Shown here piece after piece: positions 24,530 through 37,218 of a stretch of DNA of 39,601 nucleotides (its first letter is position 1; every line of letters starts with the position of its first letter). The stretch is taken from positions 51,282,668 through 51,322,268 of the forward strand of contig NC_057728.1 in the NCBI RefSeq assembly GCF_004010195.1, given 5' to 3'. This DNA comes from Chiloscyllium plagiosum. Lineage: Eukaryota. The position numbers and the translations under genes were made by a program. The notes under the pieces were generated by a model. It was given only the letters and a program-made list of their open reading frames with translations, searched no databases and had not been told where the DNA came from.

Positions 24530-24953
24530 TTATTTGATGGGTTGTGAGCATCATTGGGAAGACCAGCATCTGTTACCTATCGCTATTCACCCTTGAACTG
24601 AGCAACTCGCTCAGCCAATTCAGAGGGACAGTTGAGAATCAACCACATGGCTGTGGACCTGGAGTCACACATGGGCCAGGCCCAGTGAGGATGACAGATT
24701 TCCTTCAATAGAGGACACAAATAAATCAAATGGGTTATTATGACAGAGAATGCTGAAGAAACTCAAGGGATCTGCAGAAAGAAATCGAGTTCATGTTTGG
24801 AGTCTGGTATGACTCTCCTTCAGATCTGAAAACTCTCCTTTGGAGTTCTGAAGCATTTAGACTCCAAGCTCACTCGGTTTCTCTCTCCACAGAATCTGTC
24901 AGACATGCTGAATTTATCCAGTAGTTTGTGCTTTTATTTCAGGTCTCCAACAC
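24530..24953. mobile_element. Old SINE fragment (24530-24745, minus) followed by a decayed inverted pair of PLE-like ends (24746-24953)
   Basis: SINE block as above. gaatgctgaagaaactca...gcagaaagaaa mirrors tttctctctccacaga...tgctgaatttatccag, with ttcagatctgaa (24819-24830) near the centre. Confidence 0.5.
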
Positions 24954-25285
24954 GGACAGTACTCATTATCTTGAAGGCTTTTCTTTATGTAAATCAATGA
25001 TGGTGACCGTGAAACGATCACTGAGATTATCTTTCTATTCGAGAATTAATTAAGTGAATTCAGATTCTACCAGATCAGATGAATGCAGGAATTCTGTGGA
25101 TTGAGAAGCCCTGTCACAGAAATAACCAAAATCCCACCACTCGCATTGCTGGGAGGTTTACAGTTTCCATTATGTCTTCACAGTTGCTCTGTGCCACTGA
25201 GAGACCAGTCGGGGCCAACCACAAACTGAAAAAGAGGACTTCCATTATGACATCAGAAAAACAAAAGAGTCTCAAACTCAAACAT

Positions 25286-25590
25286 GGGCAGCACGGTGGC
25301 TCAGTGGGTAGTGCTGCTGCATCACAGCGCCAGGGACCCGGGTTCAATTCCAGCCTCGTGCAGCTGCCTGTGTGGAGTTTGCACATTCTCCACGTGTCTC
25401 CGTGGGTTTCCTCTGGGTGCTCCGGTTTCCTCCCACAATCCAAAGACATGCAGGTCAGGTGAACTGGCCATACTAAATTGCCCATAGTGTTAGTCAGAGG
25501 GAAATGGGTCTAGGTGGGTTACTCTTCAGAGGGTTGGTGTGGACTTGTTGGGCCAATGGCCTGTTTCCGCACTGTAGGAAATCTAATCTT
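25286..25590 (+). mobile_element. HE1-type SINE, full length
   Basis: A box tggctcagtgg, B box ggttcaattcc, central tgtgtggagtttgcacattctcc...ggtttcctccca domain, and CR1-like tail. Confidence 0.9.
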
Positions 25591-26713
25591 TTAAAAATTT
25601 AAAACAGTCTACCTTCTTTGTGTAAACTTCCTGAAAAATAGCACAAAAAACGTAATTATGTCTCATGCCTTATCATCAGCACAACGGAGGTTCCTTGAAA
25701 TGGGGTTGAATGGAAATCATGACTGAGTACCATCATGTAAAATCCCCACGTATTTCACCAAACAGGGTAAAGTGCAGGAAGAATAGAAAGTTGAATGCTA
25801 TAGAGCACAATACAGATCCAGGATCAGTTTCAAATTCTCCATGTCGCTGAGAACTGGAGGACTCGACTAGTTTATACATCATTGCAGTGCCTGCTCGTGC
25901 CCACAAAGCACAATTTATTTTAGAGTTGTTTTACTGATCTGTCCCATATCAGGTGTATTTTGTGTCTTTCGTTATTAAATAACATTGTGCTGAAACAATG
26001 AGGACTAACCTTTAGAACTTAGGCTGTGAATCAGATTCCAAGAGCAGCAAGACCAGATAATTACATTTCAGAGGATTAAAAAAGTGTAGAAAACCTCTCA
26101 AAACAATTGGTTCCAATTTGTTTTCAAGCCATCTGAATCAGGCATAGACAATGATGCGCCTTTGTGCAGTCTGTAGCTCAAGTTATAATGCATTGTCTAT
26201 CATAGAGATGGCACAGAAGGCTGCCATACTGTTTAGTCTTCCCTCCACTTAGAGCATTGCCTCATAAATAAGCTCATTCCAGAGAGTGCTTTGAATAACC
26301 AGAGATAGGAGAGAAAGATCCTGCCTGCCTAAGGGCTTGGCTCTGAAATAACAAACTTAACTTAAGGAAAAACAGGTCTATGCATCACTGTCGAATGTAA
26401 CGAGCATCAATCTCAATTCCATTTGTGTTTAGTTTTGCTCAGATCTGGCTTTGTCTTAGCCTCCAGCCTCCGTTGATCTCTTGCCCAGCTCCCCGTTTCC
26501 ATTGATCTCTGGCCCCTGAGCTGACAAGCAACCCTGACTCCCTCCCATTTGGAGGTGGGAAATGAGAACATATCAGAGCCTGGTGCCCTGCCAACCCCAC
26601 GTGTTAGGGCCCATTGTTGAATATATTTAAAGCCAAGACACACAATCAGTTTTTTGAATACAAGAAAACAAGGGATACGAAAGGGGGCTGGAAGGGGATG
26701 ATCAGCCATGATT

Positions 26714-27735
26714 GTAGAGTCATAGAGATGTACAGCATGGAAACAGACCCTTCGGTCCAACCCAATCTAGTCCCACCTGCCAGCACCCGGCTCATATCCC
26801 TCCAAACCCTTCCTATTCATATACCCATCCAAATGCCTCTTAAATGTTGCAATTATACCAGCCTCCAACACATCCTCTGGCAGCTCATTCCATACACGTA
26901 CCACCCTCTATCTTTGAGCCAGTTCTGTATCCAAATGGCTAACTCTCCCTGTATTCTGTGAGATCTAACCTTGCTAACCAGTCTCCCATGGGGAACCTTG
27001 TCAAACGCCTTAATGAAGTCCATATAGATCACATCTACCGCTCTGCCCTCTTCAATCCTCTTTGTTACTTCTTCAAAAAACTCAATCAAGTTGGAGAGAC
27101 ATGATTTCCCACGCACAAAGTCATGTTGACTATCCCTAATCAGTCCTTGCCTTTCCAAATACATGTACATCCTGTCCCTCAGGATTCCCTCCAACAACTT
27201 GCCCACTACCAACATCAGGTTCACTGGTCTATAGTTCCCTGGCTTGTCCTCACCACCCTTCTTAAACAGTGGCACCACGTTTGCCAACCTCCAGTCTTCC
27301 AGCACTTGCGACTATCGATGATACAAATATCTCAGCAAGAGGCCCAGCAATCACTACTCTAACTTCCCACAGAGTTCTAGGGTACACCTGATCAGATCCT
27401 GGGGATTTATCCACCTTTACCTGTTTCAAGACATCCAGCACTTCCTCCTCTGTAATATGGACATTTTGCAAGATGTCACCATCTATTTCCCTCCAGTCTA
27501 TATCTTCCAAATCCTTTTCCACTGTAAATACTGATGCAAAATACTCATTTAGTATCTCCCCCATTTTCTGCGGCTCCACACAAAGGACACATTGCTGATC
27601 TTTGAGGGGCCTTATTCTCTCCTGAGTTACCCTTTTGTCCTTAATGTATTTGTAAGAACCCTTTGGATTCTCCTTAATTATATTTGCCAAAGCTATCTCA
27701 TGTCCCTTTTTGCCCTCCTGATTTCCCTCTTACAT
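26714..27735 (-). mobile_element. Young CR1 LINE; RT-domain fragment joined to the 3' end by internal deletion
   Basis: ORFs give KSPGSDQVYPRTL, ANVVPLFKKG..PGNYRPV, DVIYMDFIKAFDKVPH. Confidence 0.93.
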
Positions 27736-28342
27736 CTGCCCCCAATCAGCTTTCGAAAGTTATTTTTAATACCATCAAAATTGGCCTTTTTCAATTTAGA
27801 AATTCAACTTTTAGATTGTAATTTTAGATTTTAATTGAATAGTGAAGCAGATTGAAGGGGATGAATGGTCTACTCCCGCTCCTGTCTCTAATGCTGTTAG
27901 CAACAGAGTTTGTGGCAGCCCACTCCCTGCAATCCTATCAGAGATGTGCGTACTTTCAGCAACACCAACTCGAATAGAAAGTACCAGCAGGGTGGTTAGA
28001 AGATTGCAACAATCTCAATTCTGTTAACAGATCATTCACAGTCTTCGACACTTCCACCATCAGCTGCAGGGCAGCTGCAATATGAAGTTACCACAACATT
28101 TACCAAGGTTGTGTGTCATGTGGTGTGCCTCTAACCTTTGCATAATAACACGCCTTCCCCTTTTCCTTGTAAATTCTCCTGCCATGAGGAAGACTGAATG
28201 CTCAGCACTGTGAGCTCTGACCAAATTTATCCCAGCTGTCCCACATCTCCCGAGAACAACAGGAGCTTTCCAAACACAGACAGCGGGGCATACTGACACC
28301 TTCTATAATTGAGATTCTCACAGGGTGGGGACTGTCTGAAAT

Positions 28343-28375
28343 ACACACACACACACACACGCACACACACACACA
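28343..28375 (+). repeat. (CA)n microsatellite
   Basis: Direct inspection. Confidence 0.9.
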
Positions 28376-28559
28376 TTGTGTCTGTGAAGCAAGGTGCACA
28401 TGAGTAACAAACAGCATTCCTTTAACTCTGCATATGGATGGCCCAGCGCTGCAATCTCTATTATCAGGTGTGAAAACATAGCTAAGCATTGAAAAATGAA
28501 CAAAACACTATCCTACAGACACTGAATTAGATTGACATACAGGAGTGAAGTCTTTTCAC

Positions 28560-28960
28560 CATAGTACAGTATTTTGGCGAGACCCCATCGAGAATACAGT
28601 GTGCAGTTTTGGTCTCCACATTTAAAGAAAGGATATACTTGCATTGGAGGTGATGCAGTTAAAGTTGACTAAATTAGTTGCTGGGATGAGGGGTTTTCCT
28701 ATAGTGGAGAGCTGAATAAATTGGGTCTACATCCTCTGGAGTTTAACAGAATGAGACAATCTCATGAGAGAGAGACACACACAGAGACAGACAGATAGAG
28801 AGAGAGAGATTCTTAAGTGATTTAACAGCATTGGCTAAGAGATGGCTTGGAGAATCTAGAATACAGGCAGAGTCTGAGGGTAAGGGAACCATCATTTAGA
28901 ATGAAGATTAGAAAAGATTTCCTCAGAGGGTTGGAAATCTTCGATACTTCCATTAGATGA
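28560..28960 (+). mobile_element. Old CR1 LINE fragment containing a (GA)n tract
   Basis: gagaccccatcgagaatacagtgtgcagttttggtctcca encodes a decayed RPHLEYCVQFWSP motif. Confidence 0.7.
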
Positions 28961-29004
28961 TTGTGGAGTATTTATATAGAATATCATAGTCTATCATAAT
29001 ATCA

Positions 29005-29276
29005 CAGAATACCTACCGTGGAAACACACCATTCAGCCCAACATGCCCACACTGTCCCTCCGAAAAGTATCCCACCCAGATCCAGTCCCCTACCCTATTA
29101 CTTTATATTTCCCCTGACTAATGCACAGCCCTGAACACGATGGACAATTTAGCATGGCCAATCCACCTAACCTAACACACTCAGAGGAAACCCAAGCACA
29201 CACAGGTGAATGTGCAAACTCCACACAGTCGCCCAAGGCTGGAATCGAACTTAGGTCCCTGATGCTGTGAGGCAGC
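29005..29276 (-). mobile_element. HE1-type SINE with internal deletion
   Basis: Homology to 21160-21474. Confidence 0.82.
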
Positions 29277-29449
29277 TGAATACATTTAAGGCTGGGACAG
29301 AGCAATGTTTAATCTTTCATGGAATGAAGGGATATGGGAAGAGGGTAATCCCAAAGATTGTATTGAATGGCAGAACAGGTTCAATTAATCAAATAGTCTA
29401 CTCCTCTAGAGTATCCTTGGATTATGTTAAAGGTGCTATACAAATATGA

Positions 29450-29830
29450 AGCATTTCACAGGAACATTATAACAAGATGCAACATGGAGTCACACGTGAG
29501 ATTCATGGGCAGACGATCAAATTTTGGTCAAAGAACTGGGTTATTGGGAGTGCTTTAAATCAGGAACATGAGGTAATGAGAAGTGAGAGACAGACACGAG
29601 ATATCTCCAAAGATTAGGGTCCAGGCCAACTGAAGGACATCCACAATAATAAAGTGGTAAAATGAGGGATGCACAAGAGACCGGGACTGGAGGAGTGCAG
29701 TGATCTCAGATGGCTGTGGTGCTGAAGGAGATTACTGAGGTAGGAGGAAGTGAGGTCCTGGAGAGACTTGTAAACAAAGATGAGAATTTTACAAAATGGT
29801 GGAACCAGAGAGGCCAAATCCCCAGGTGAG
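29450..29830 (-). mobile_element. L2-clade LINE ORF2 C-terminal fragment
   Basis: KILIFVYKSLQDLTSSYLSNLL...RSLHSSSPGLLCIP is the typical L2 C-terminus. A similar decayed piece lies at about 38210-38450. Confidence 0.72.
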
Positions 29831-30106
29831 GACAATCAACATTATCACCTACAATGCATTGTGGCGAGACCTTGAGAATAGCCAAGAGCAGTGACTCCAA
29901 GTCCAGACCTGATCACATCTAACACAATCGGTGGACTAGATGGCCAATGGAGAATAACTACTTCACCATCTATCCCAACACATGTACCTCAGGGCTGTGA
30001 TACACATCCTGGACAAAACCCAAGAGTTATCCCAATTTTTCTCTAACACAGTCACTATGGTAAAGCTTTAATCTGATGCCTGAACAGAGAAAGATGTCCG
30101 ATGTAC

Positions 30107-30187
30107 AGCTTATGCCCAAAATGTCAATTCTCCTGCTCCTCGGATGCTGCCTGACCTGCTGTGCTTTTCCAGCACTACACTCTCAAC
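30107..30187 (+). mobile_element. PLE terminal repeat fragment
   Basis: gcttatgcccaaaatgtc...ctcctcggatgctgcctgacctgctgtgcttttccagcac matches 15033-15100. Confidence 0.75.
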
Positions 30188-31092
30188 AGGGAAAGACATC
30201 AAACCAGTCAGATCACAGAAATAGGAGAAGGACATTCAGCCCTTAGAACCTTCTGTACTATTTCAACCTCTCATGGTTCACAACTCCATTTAGTCAACTT
30301 ACTTCCACATCTCCCGATATATGTTGAAACAACAATCAATCTCAGGTTTGCATTTTTAAATTGAGGCTCGGGATGTCGCCAAGATTGCAGAGACCGAGGG
30401 TACACAGGGAGCTGGATCAGAAACAGAGGGGTCTGTCTCCTGGCACACTCCCATCATGGTGACATCGCCAGCCTTTGCCAGTGCCTAGGGCTCTCCTAGC
30501 CGAGCCAGAAGCTGCAGGTTCACTTCGGAGCACTGAGCACAGAATCAAAAAAATCCAGATGGACATCCCAGGTCAGTGCCAAGTGGATGCCAGCCCTTTG
30601 AAGGATCTGTACCCAGCAAGCACTGCCCCACGCCAGCTGCAGTGCCATTTCTCAGCAGAGGGGACTGCCTTTCAGATGGGTATAAAAACAGGCCCATCAA
30701 TAAAAGGGAGGGGGGGGGCAAAAAAAGAAAAGCAGCAAAAAAAAAAATGGAGCGTGGGAGCACGGTGCTCAGAAGCCCGACTCTACCATCAAACTTACAA
30801 TGAATCAGCCAGGGTTAGTGCCCACAGGCTTGGTGAGTCAAACTGTGGTCTGAGGCTCAACCCCACACCCCCTCCAATTTCTAACTTCCGGTGAATCAAC
30901 CCTCAGAATGGTGAACCAAAAGAATGTACTAGAGGGAGTGAGCAATTTCCTTCCTGGTTCTGAGCAGAGAAAGTGAAGTTACTGGATTAAAAGTAGTCAA
31001 GAGATCACGGTCACTAACATGAAATACTAAAGTGCAGAGAGAAGTGTGAAGGTGATGGTTAATAACACACTGCTCTGCAGGAGTTACCAGGT

Positions 31093-31114
31093 CTCTCTCT
31101 CTCTCTCTCTCTCT
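31093..31114 (+). repeat. (CT)n microsatellite
   Basis: Direct inspection. Confidence 0.9.
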
Positions 31115-31351
31115 GCCTGGTGGAGATATGTATTGGGCTGGCCCGTGTCTGATCACAATGTGGCAATTTGACAGCCAACTGCTGCACAGAAAGCTCCCAC
31201 AAAAGGAAGGGGACAACAGCCGAATTGTCGAACTGCAGAAAGCGACAGCATAGGAACCGCTGTTCAGCCCATTGTGCTTATACTGGATAGAATCACAGAA
31301 TCTCTACAGGATAGAGACCCGAGTCCACAACAAATATCTAAAAAAAAAGGG

Positions 31352-31626
31352 AGGCGGCACGGTGGCTCAGTGGTTAGCACAGCTGCCTCACAGCGCCAGG
31401 GCAACTGTCTGTGTAGAGTTTGCACATTCGCCCCGTGTCTGCGTGGGTTTCCTCTGGGTGCTCCGGTTTCCTCCCGCAATCTAAAGATGTGCAGGTTAGG
31501 GTGAATTGGCCGTGCTAAATTGGCCACAGTGTTAGGTGCATTAGTCATGGGTAAATATAGTCAGAGGGTCAGTATGGACGTGTTGGGCTGAAGGGCCTGT
31601 TTCCATACTGTAGGGAATCTAATCTA
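31352..31626 (+). mobile_element. HE1-type SINE (B box deleted)
   Basis: Matches 25286-25590 but lacks the acccgggttcaattcc segment. Confidence 0.88.
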
Positions 31627-31629
31627 AAT

Positions 31630-31902
31630 AACCCTCCAAAGAGCGTCCCACCCAGACCCAGCTTCCTGCCACCCCCACAACATCCCTTCCTGCCAACCCT
31701 GCATCACCTAGCCTGCACATTCCAGGACACTATGAGGCAATTTGCCTCAGCCAATCCACCTGCATATGTTTGGACTGTGGGAGGAAACCCACGCAGACCC
31801 AGGAGAACGTGCAAACTCCACACTGATACCCGAAGCTGGAATCAAACCTGGGTCGCTGGTTACTGTGAAGCAGCAGTGCTAACCACTGAGCTACAGCACC
31901 GT
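31630..31902 (-). mobile_element. HE1-type SINE, older copy
   Basis: Homology to 21160-21474. Confidence 0.82.
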
Positions 31903-32849
31903 TTATCTGAACGGCCTACCCAGTTAGCCCCAGTGAGTCCCCCCGCTTCCTTCCAGCAGCGTAGTTTATCTGGAACAGAGTGTCAGCCGTATAAACACTG
32001 TGCCTTAGCTGACTGCTGGCAGCCTCGGTAACACCAGCACACCACCCATGTGGTTCTCATTTACTCTGTTTTTCTCCGAAGCAGCCAATCAGTGGCGAAC
32101 TGTAACGGTTCACCCCACACCAATTCCAGACAAGGCTCAGTTCAACATGAGTCCAGCTGTTTCATCACACACCGACAGAAAACAAAAAGATTGTTTGACT
32201 ATTTCTCTCAACTCAGGACAGCAGAAAGCACATTCCTACTTCCTTAGTCTACCCCAGCCTCCTCACCCCCTGGAGTCAATTCATCTATTAACCCCTGCAC
32301 TCCCCCACCCGTCCCTGACACAACATGAAGTCAAAAGCTCCAGCCTCACTGGCACATGATTTCCTTCTTTCTTTGGCTACAAAGGCATTTGCTGTAAAGG
32401 GATCTTGTCTTTGGTCGCATACCTTTCTCAACTGTTTAGTCTGAGATTCTTATCCTCATTAAAGCTGCCCTTCACCTAACAGAGGGTCCATACAGAACAT
32501 CTGTGCAGCAGATGGCCCTGGCTAGTGTTAGCTGAATATCCATAAGACTGTCAGGACCCTTTAGGGCTGAAACAGAGGGGGACACGAACAGCGAGATACC
32601 GACCCACCCAGTTCGGCTCCATGCCACCTCAGCAGACAAACGCAGTGACTGCTGTGGGAATCCACACAGTGAAAACATGTTCACTTTTGCCCAGTAGCTT
32701 GGACAGAGAGTTTGCATTGCTGTAGCTCCTTTCACACTCCCTTGGGATAACCCACGCCGTTTGGGCGATCGCTCTTGTCATGCGGGATCCTGAGCCAATT
32801 TCAGGACAGAAAAACTGCACAAAAAAAACTGCAAGGTGACAATAGGCAG

Positions 32850-33150
32850 ATCAAACTGACACAGCCAAAAGGGGCGGCCATTCAACCCATTGCATCCCAA
32901 CCAGATACTTGAAGGATCTATCCAATTAGTCCCAGTGCCCCCCTGCCATGGCCCTGCAAAATCTGCACTCAATTTGCCCTTTGAAAGCTGTTATTGAGTC
33001 TGCTTCAGAGTGCAATCCATTTGATAACTTCCCGCTGTGTGGATGAATCCTCTCATCTCCCTCTGGCTCCTTGCCCAATGATGTCATGCCCTCTGGCTGC
33101 TGACCTTCTGCTTTTGTAACTAATGACTGAAGGATAAATAATGTGCAGCA
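32850..33150 (-). mobile_element. Old CR1 3' fragment
   Basis: Decayed EADSITAFKGQ motif plus CR1 3' tail. Confidence 0.55.
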
Positions 33151-33419
33151 CAGCAAAGATAACTCCCCGGCTCTTTAAAGTTGTACCTTGCCATTCAAGA
33201 CATCCATCCAATAAGGCATGTGTGAAAGAGGACATTTTAAAACTGTGCAGTACTCCCTTGGTATTGCACTGGAATAGGACACAAACCTACAACCTGAGTG
33301 TATATCCAGTAAGCCACAGCTGAAAGAAGCCCAGGAAATATGCACATGGGAATCTATAACTCATTCTTTCATCAGCCAGACAGTTAGATTAAGGTGGCAA
33401 TAACCATTTTCAACAAGAG

Positions 33420-34880
33420 AGAATCTACGCATCACCCCTAAATAATCAATGGCAGTACTGTCACTGAAACCCCACTCTCAACATCCTGGGGTTACAATTA
33501 ACCAGAAACTGATCTGGACTAAACTATATAAACACAATGACTGGGCTCCCATGGTGCAGTGGTAGTGTCCCTAAGCAAGTCCTACTTATTCTAAAGGTGA
33601 GTAATAAGTGTCTCTGAACTGAGATGAGATAGTATCTAAGTACTGTGATTATGAGAAGTTAGGTTAGGTAATGGGAATTCTGCAGTGTGCAACTCACGTA
33701 CTGACTCTCCAAAAGCCTGTTCACCAAGTACAAGGCACAAAGTCAGGAGTACAAAGGAACACTCCACTTGCCAGGTGGGTGCAGTTCCAATTATACAAGG
33801 AACCTGATAGCACCCAACAGAGAATAGCCTGCTTGATGTGTGCCTCATCACTACCCTAAATATTAATTCCCTTCACTCAAGGGGCAAGGCTTGTAAGGGA
33901 GGATATTCCTGGAAATACATCTAGGGAAGTTATTTGGTTGCAACTGAGAAATAATAAAGGGATGATCACCTTATTGGGATTGTAGTATAGACCCCCCAAT
34001 AGTCAGAGGGAAATGGAGAAACAAATTTCTAAGGAGATCTCAGTTATCTATAAGAATAATAGGGTGGTTATGGTAGGGGATTTTTACTTTCCAAACGTAG
34101 ATTGGGATTGCTATAGTGTTAAGGGTTTAGATGGAGAGGAATTTGTTAAGTGTGTACAAGAAACTTTTCTGATTCAGTTTGTGGATGTACCTACTAGAGA
34201 AGGTGCAAAACTTAACCTTCTCTTGGGAAATAAGGCAGGGCAGGTGACTGAGGTGTCAGTGGGGAACACTTTGGGGTCAGTGATCATAACTCTATTAGTT
34301 TTAAAATAGTGATGGAAAAGGATAGACCAGATCTAAAAGTTGAAGTTCTAAATTGAAGAAAGGCCAATTTTGGCAGTATGAGGCAAGAACTTTCAAAAGC
34401 TGATTGGGAGAAGATGTTCGCAGGTAAAAGGCATCTGGATGGGTATATGAATAGGAAGGGTTTGGAGGGATATGGGCCAAGTGCTGGCAGGTGGGACTAG
34501 ATTGGATTGGGATGTCTAGTCAGCATGGACGAGTTGGACCGAAGGGTTTGTTTCCGTGCTGTACATCTCTATGATTCTATTTACAAGATGCAGTGTGGCA
34601 ACTCACCAAGGCTCCTTCAACAGCCCCTTCCAAACTCCATTACTTAGAATGACAAGAAAGTTCTCCTCTCAGCCACGCCCCATCCTGACCTGGAACTATA
34701 AATCACTGCTCCTTTCCGGTCATTGGGTCCAAAATCCTGGTACTCCCTCCCTTACAGCACTGTGGTTGTATCTGCACCCAAAAGACTACAGCAATGCAAG
34801 AAGGCAGCTCAATACCCACCCTCTCAAGAACAATTAGGGATGGGCAATAAATGTTGGCCCAGCCAGTAACAACCACGTTC
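33420..34880 (+). mobile_element. Second LINE family fragment split by a short SINE (about 33544-33635) and a CR1 (about 33880-34580)
   Basis: aacatcctggggttacaattaaccagaaactg...; resumes after 34580 with tacaagatgcagtg...ctcaccaaggctcctt. Confidence 0.68.
33880..34580 (+). mobile_element. Young CR1: endonuclease-domain piece fused directly to the 3' end
   Basis: VVMVGDFYFPNVDW...FLIQFVDVPTREGAKLNLLLGN (APE domain), then a jump at about 34430 to ggcatctggatgggtatatgaatagg and the ctctatgattctat tail. Confidence 0.88.
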
Positions 34881-35400
34881 TATCTACATACACAGGTATA
34901 TATTTAATATAAATCTTGTGATTTAAATCTAATGACTGGATTTTGCAGAGTAGCAGTGATATTCTGCCAGTTTTTCCTTCAATTGGCAATAGCTCGAGTC
35001 ACACACAGACCTGGTTATATTCCAATCCCAATGTCAAGATTGATCAGACAGCGTGGGACTGAGCATCACACTCAGTGAGGACATCTATAATCTTTGCCAA
35101 CAATAATGGGTGCAGTTCCAGTTGCTCTACTTTGAAAAGGACTTGGAAGCACTAATTCTTTGTGTAGTGAGGATTTACAAGAATGGTCACTGGAATGTGG
35201 GAGGATCACACCAAGATTGACAGGCTGAGTCCCCATTGTTTTGGAAAAGGGACCAAGTGGTAACTTAATAAAGATCTTTAAGATTATGAAAGGTTCTGTT
35301 TGACTACATATCCTTGAACAAACAAATTGTCATGCAAGATTAGGAAAACCCACTCAGACAATGGAAAAGTTGATTGGACTAACACTGAACATCCATTATT

Positions 35401-35791
35401 CCCTCTTCAGCAGTTATGTTAGAGCCCAGGTGTCTCTGGAGAAGGAGCACGCAGTGTCCACCAACACGCTTGAGCTGTTTAGGGAAAGGTGGGCACTGCA
35501 GGGAGTGGAGTGCATTATTTCCCCCTCCAACTCTGTTTTGATTTAATCCCTGCCCGCCCCTTCACTGTTTGATCATGCAGCATTGCCCCCTGAGAAGGAC
35601 ACTGCTTGTCACTGGCCACTTGGGTGTTTCTTTTCTTCGTGGTGGAAGTTGAATAAAGATTTGTACACCTGTTGTCTTTCATTGTGTCTCACACCTGCAC
35701 ACACACCACACACACACACACACAGGTGCTGGGGAAAATATAAGCACCACTGCAGTTAAGCAGTAGTGTGGGGGTTTTAAGAAAAAAAAAA
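35401..35791 (+). mobile_element. Tx1/L1-clade LINE 3' end with poly(A) and 10-bp TSD
   Basis: ORF end (YVRAQVSLEKEHAVSTNTLELFRERWA...stop), AATAAA, A-tail; TSD ATCCATTATT at 35391-35400 and 35792-35801. Confidence 0.82.
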
Positions 35792-35805
35792 ATCCATTAT
35801 TTAGA

Positions 35806-36634
35806 GTTGAGGATCCCCCTTGTCCTCACCTTCCACCCCACCAACCTCCATATATGTTGCATCATCCTCTGCCATTTCCGCCACCTACCAACAGACCCCA
35901 TCACTAGAGATATATTTCCCTTACCACCCCATCCGCTTTCCGCAAAGACCATTCCCTCTGTGACTCTCTTGTCAGGTCCACCATCACCCCCCACCAAACT
36001 CACCCGCCCCTCACGACACCTTCCCCTGCCACCACATTGCAAAACCTGTGTCCATAACCTCCCCCTTCACCTCTGCCCAAGGCCCCAAAGGAGCCTTCCA
36101 CATCCAGAGTTTTACCTGCACTTCCACATGTCACTTACTGTATCAGTGGTTCCCGGTGGGGTCTCCTCTACATTGGGGAGGCAGAATATCTACTTGCAGA
36201 ATGCTTCAGAGAACATCTCCACCAACCCCACCGCCCTGTAGCCGAACACCAACTCCCCACCCAACTGCCAACTCTGCCAAGGACATGCAGGTCCTGGGAC
36301 TCCTCCATTGCCACACCCTAACCATCCGATGCCAGGAGGAAGAACGCCTTATCTTCCTTCTTGGGACCCTCCAACCACACGACAATGTGGACTTTGCTAG
36401 TTCTCTCATTGTCCCCCACTCCCCCACCTTATCCCAGCTCCAATCTTCCAACTCAGCACTGCCCTCAGGATCTGTCTCATTTATCACTCAGCCCCTCAGC
36501 TCACAAACCTCATTCCTGAATGGTCTTGCCCAGAAATGTCGATTCTCCTGCTCCTCGGATGCTACCAGACCTGCTGTACTTTTCCCAGCACCACATTCTC
36601 GACTCTAAGCTCCAGCATCTGCAGTCCTCACTTT
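35806..36634 (+). mobile_element. Older Penelope-like element, 5'-truncated, with degenerate hammerhead at about 36516-36540
   Basis: RIPLVLTFHPTNL...RDIFP, CKTC, SAKDMQVLGL...EEERLIFLLGTLQP (GIY-YIG region) and 3' repeat; flanked by AT(C/T)CATTATTTAGA. Confidence 0.85.
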
Positions 36635-37218
36635 ATTCATTATTTAGAAACATTACTTCCATGGATGACTTATCAGAACAGGCAAAGCTGATTGATTTGA
36701 GTTTCACTGCTTTTCAGGGGTAGAATGGTCAGTTGGAGGAACCTATCGCAACAAATTGGAACACTTCTTGAAAGGGTGAAGAAGTTAATCCAGTTCATTG
36801 AGTTAGTTTCCCTGGTCATTGCAATATGAGGAACCAGTCAATCCCTACCAGTTTCAAGCTCTATGCTTAGATAGACTGATGCTGTACCAACTGAGCTATT
36901 AATCTTAGTGCCATTGGTTCAAGGCCCGTGATGGGTGTTGCTGGTGCTGGTTTAAGGGGTTATTGGGAGCACAGTAATGGTGTATGTACCTGGATGACAA
37001 GGTCTGGATTCAAATTTCACCTGCCTTGAGAGTGTGTAAAGATACCTCAAACTATCTCATTCCTACCTCCACAGCAGTGAGAATGGCACATGTTTGTCAT
37101 GGTCACTCCTGCTAAACTCAGAACAATCCCACTTCATCCCACGTGGCCAACTCTTGAATAACAGAGCCCAGGTTTAGCCTTTTCAATGACTGGATTGGAA
37201 AGCCGATGTTTAATTGCT

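Noticed and set aside
30475..30894. 139-aa plus-strand ORF
   Set aside because: Runs through homopolymer tracts, has no true upstream ATG start, and no family is recognisable.
32472..32735. 87-aa minus-strand ORF ending near AG|GTGAAG as an alternative first exon
   Set aside because: The donor would be phase 2, incompatible with the phase-1 acceptor; no homology recognised.
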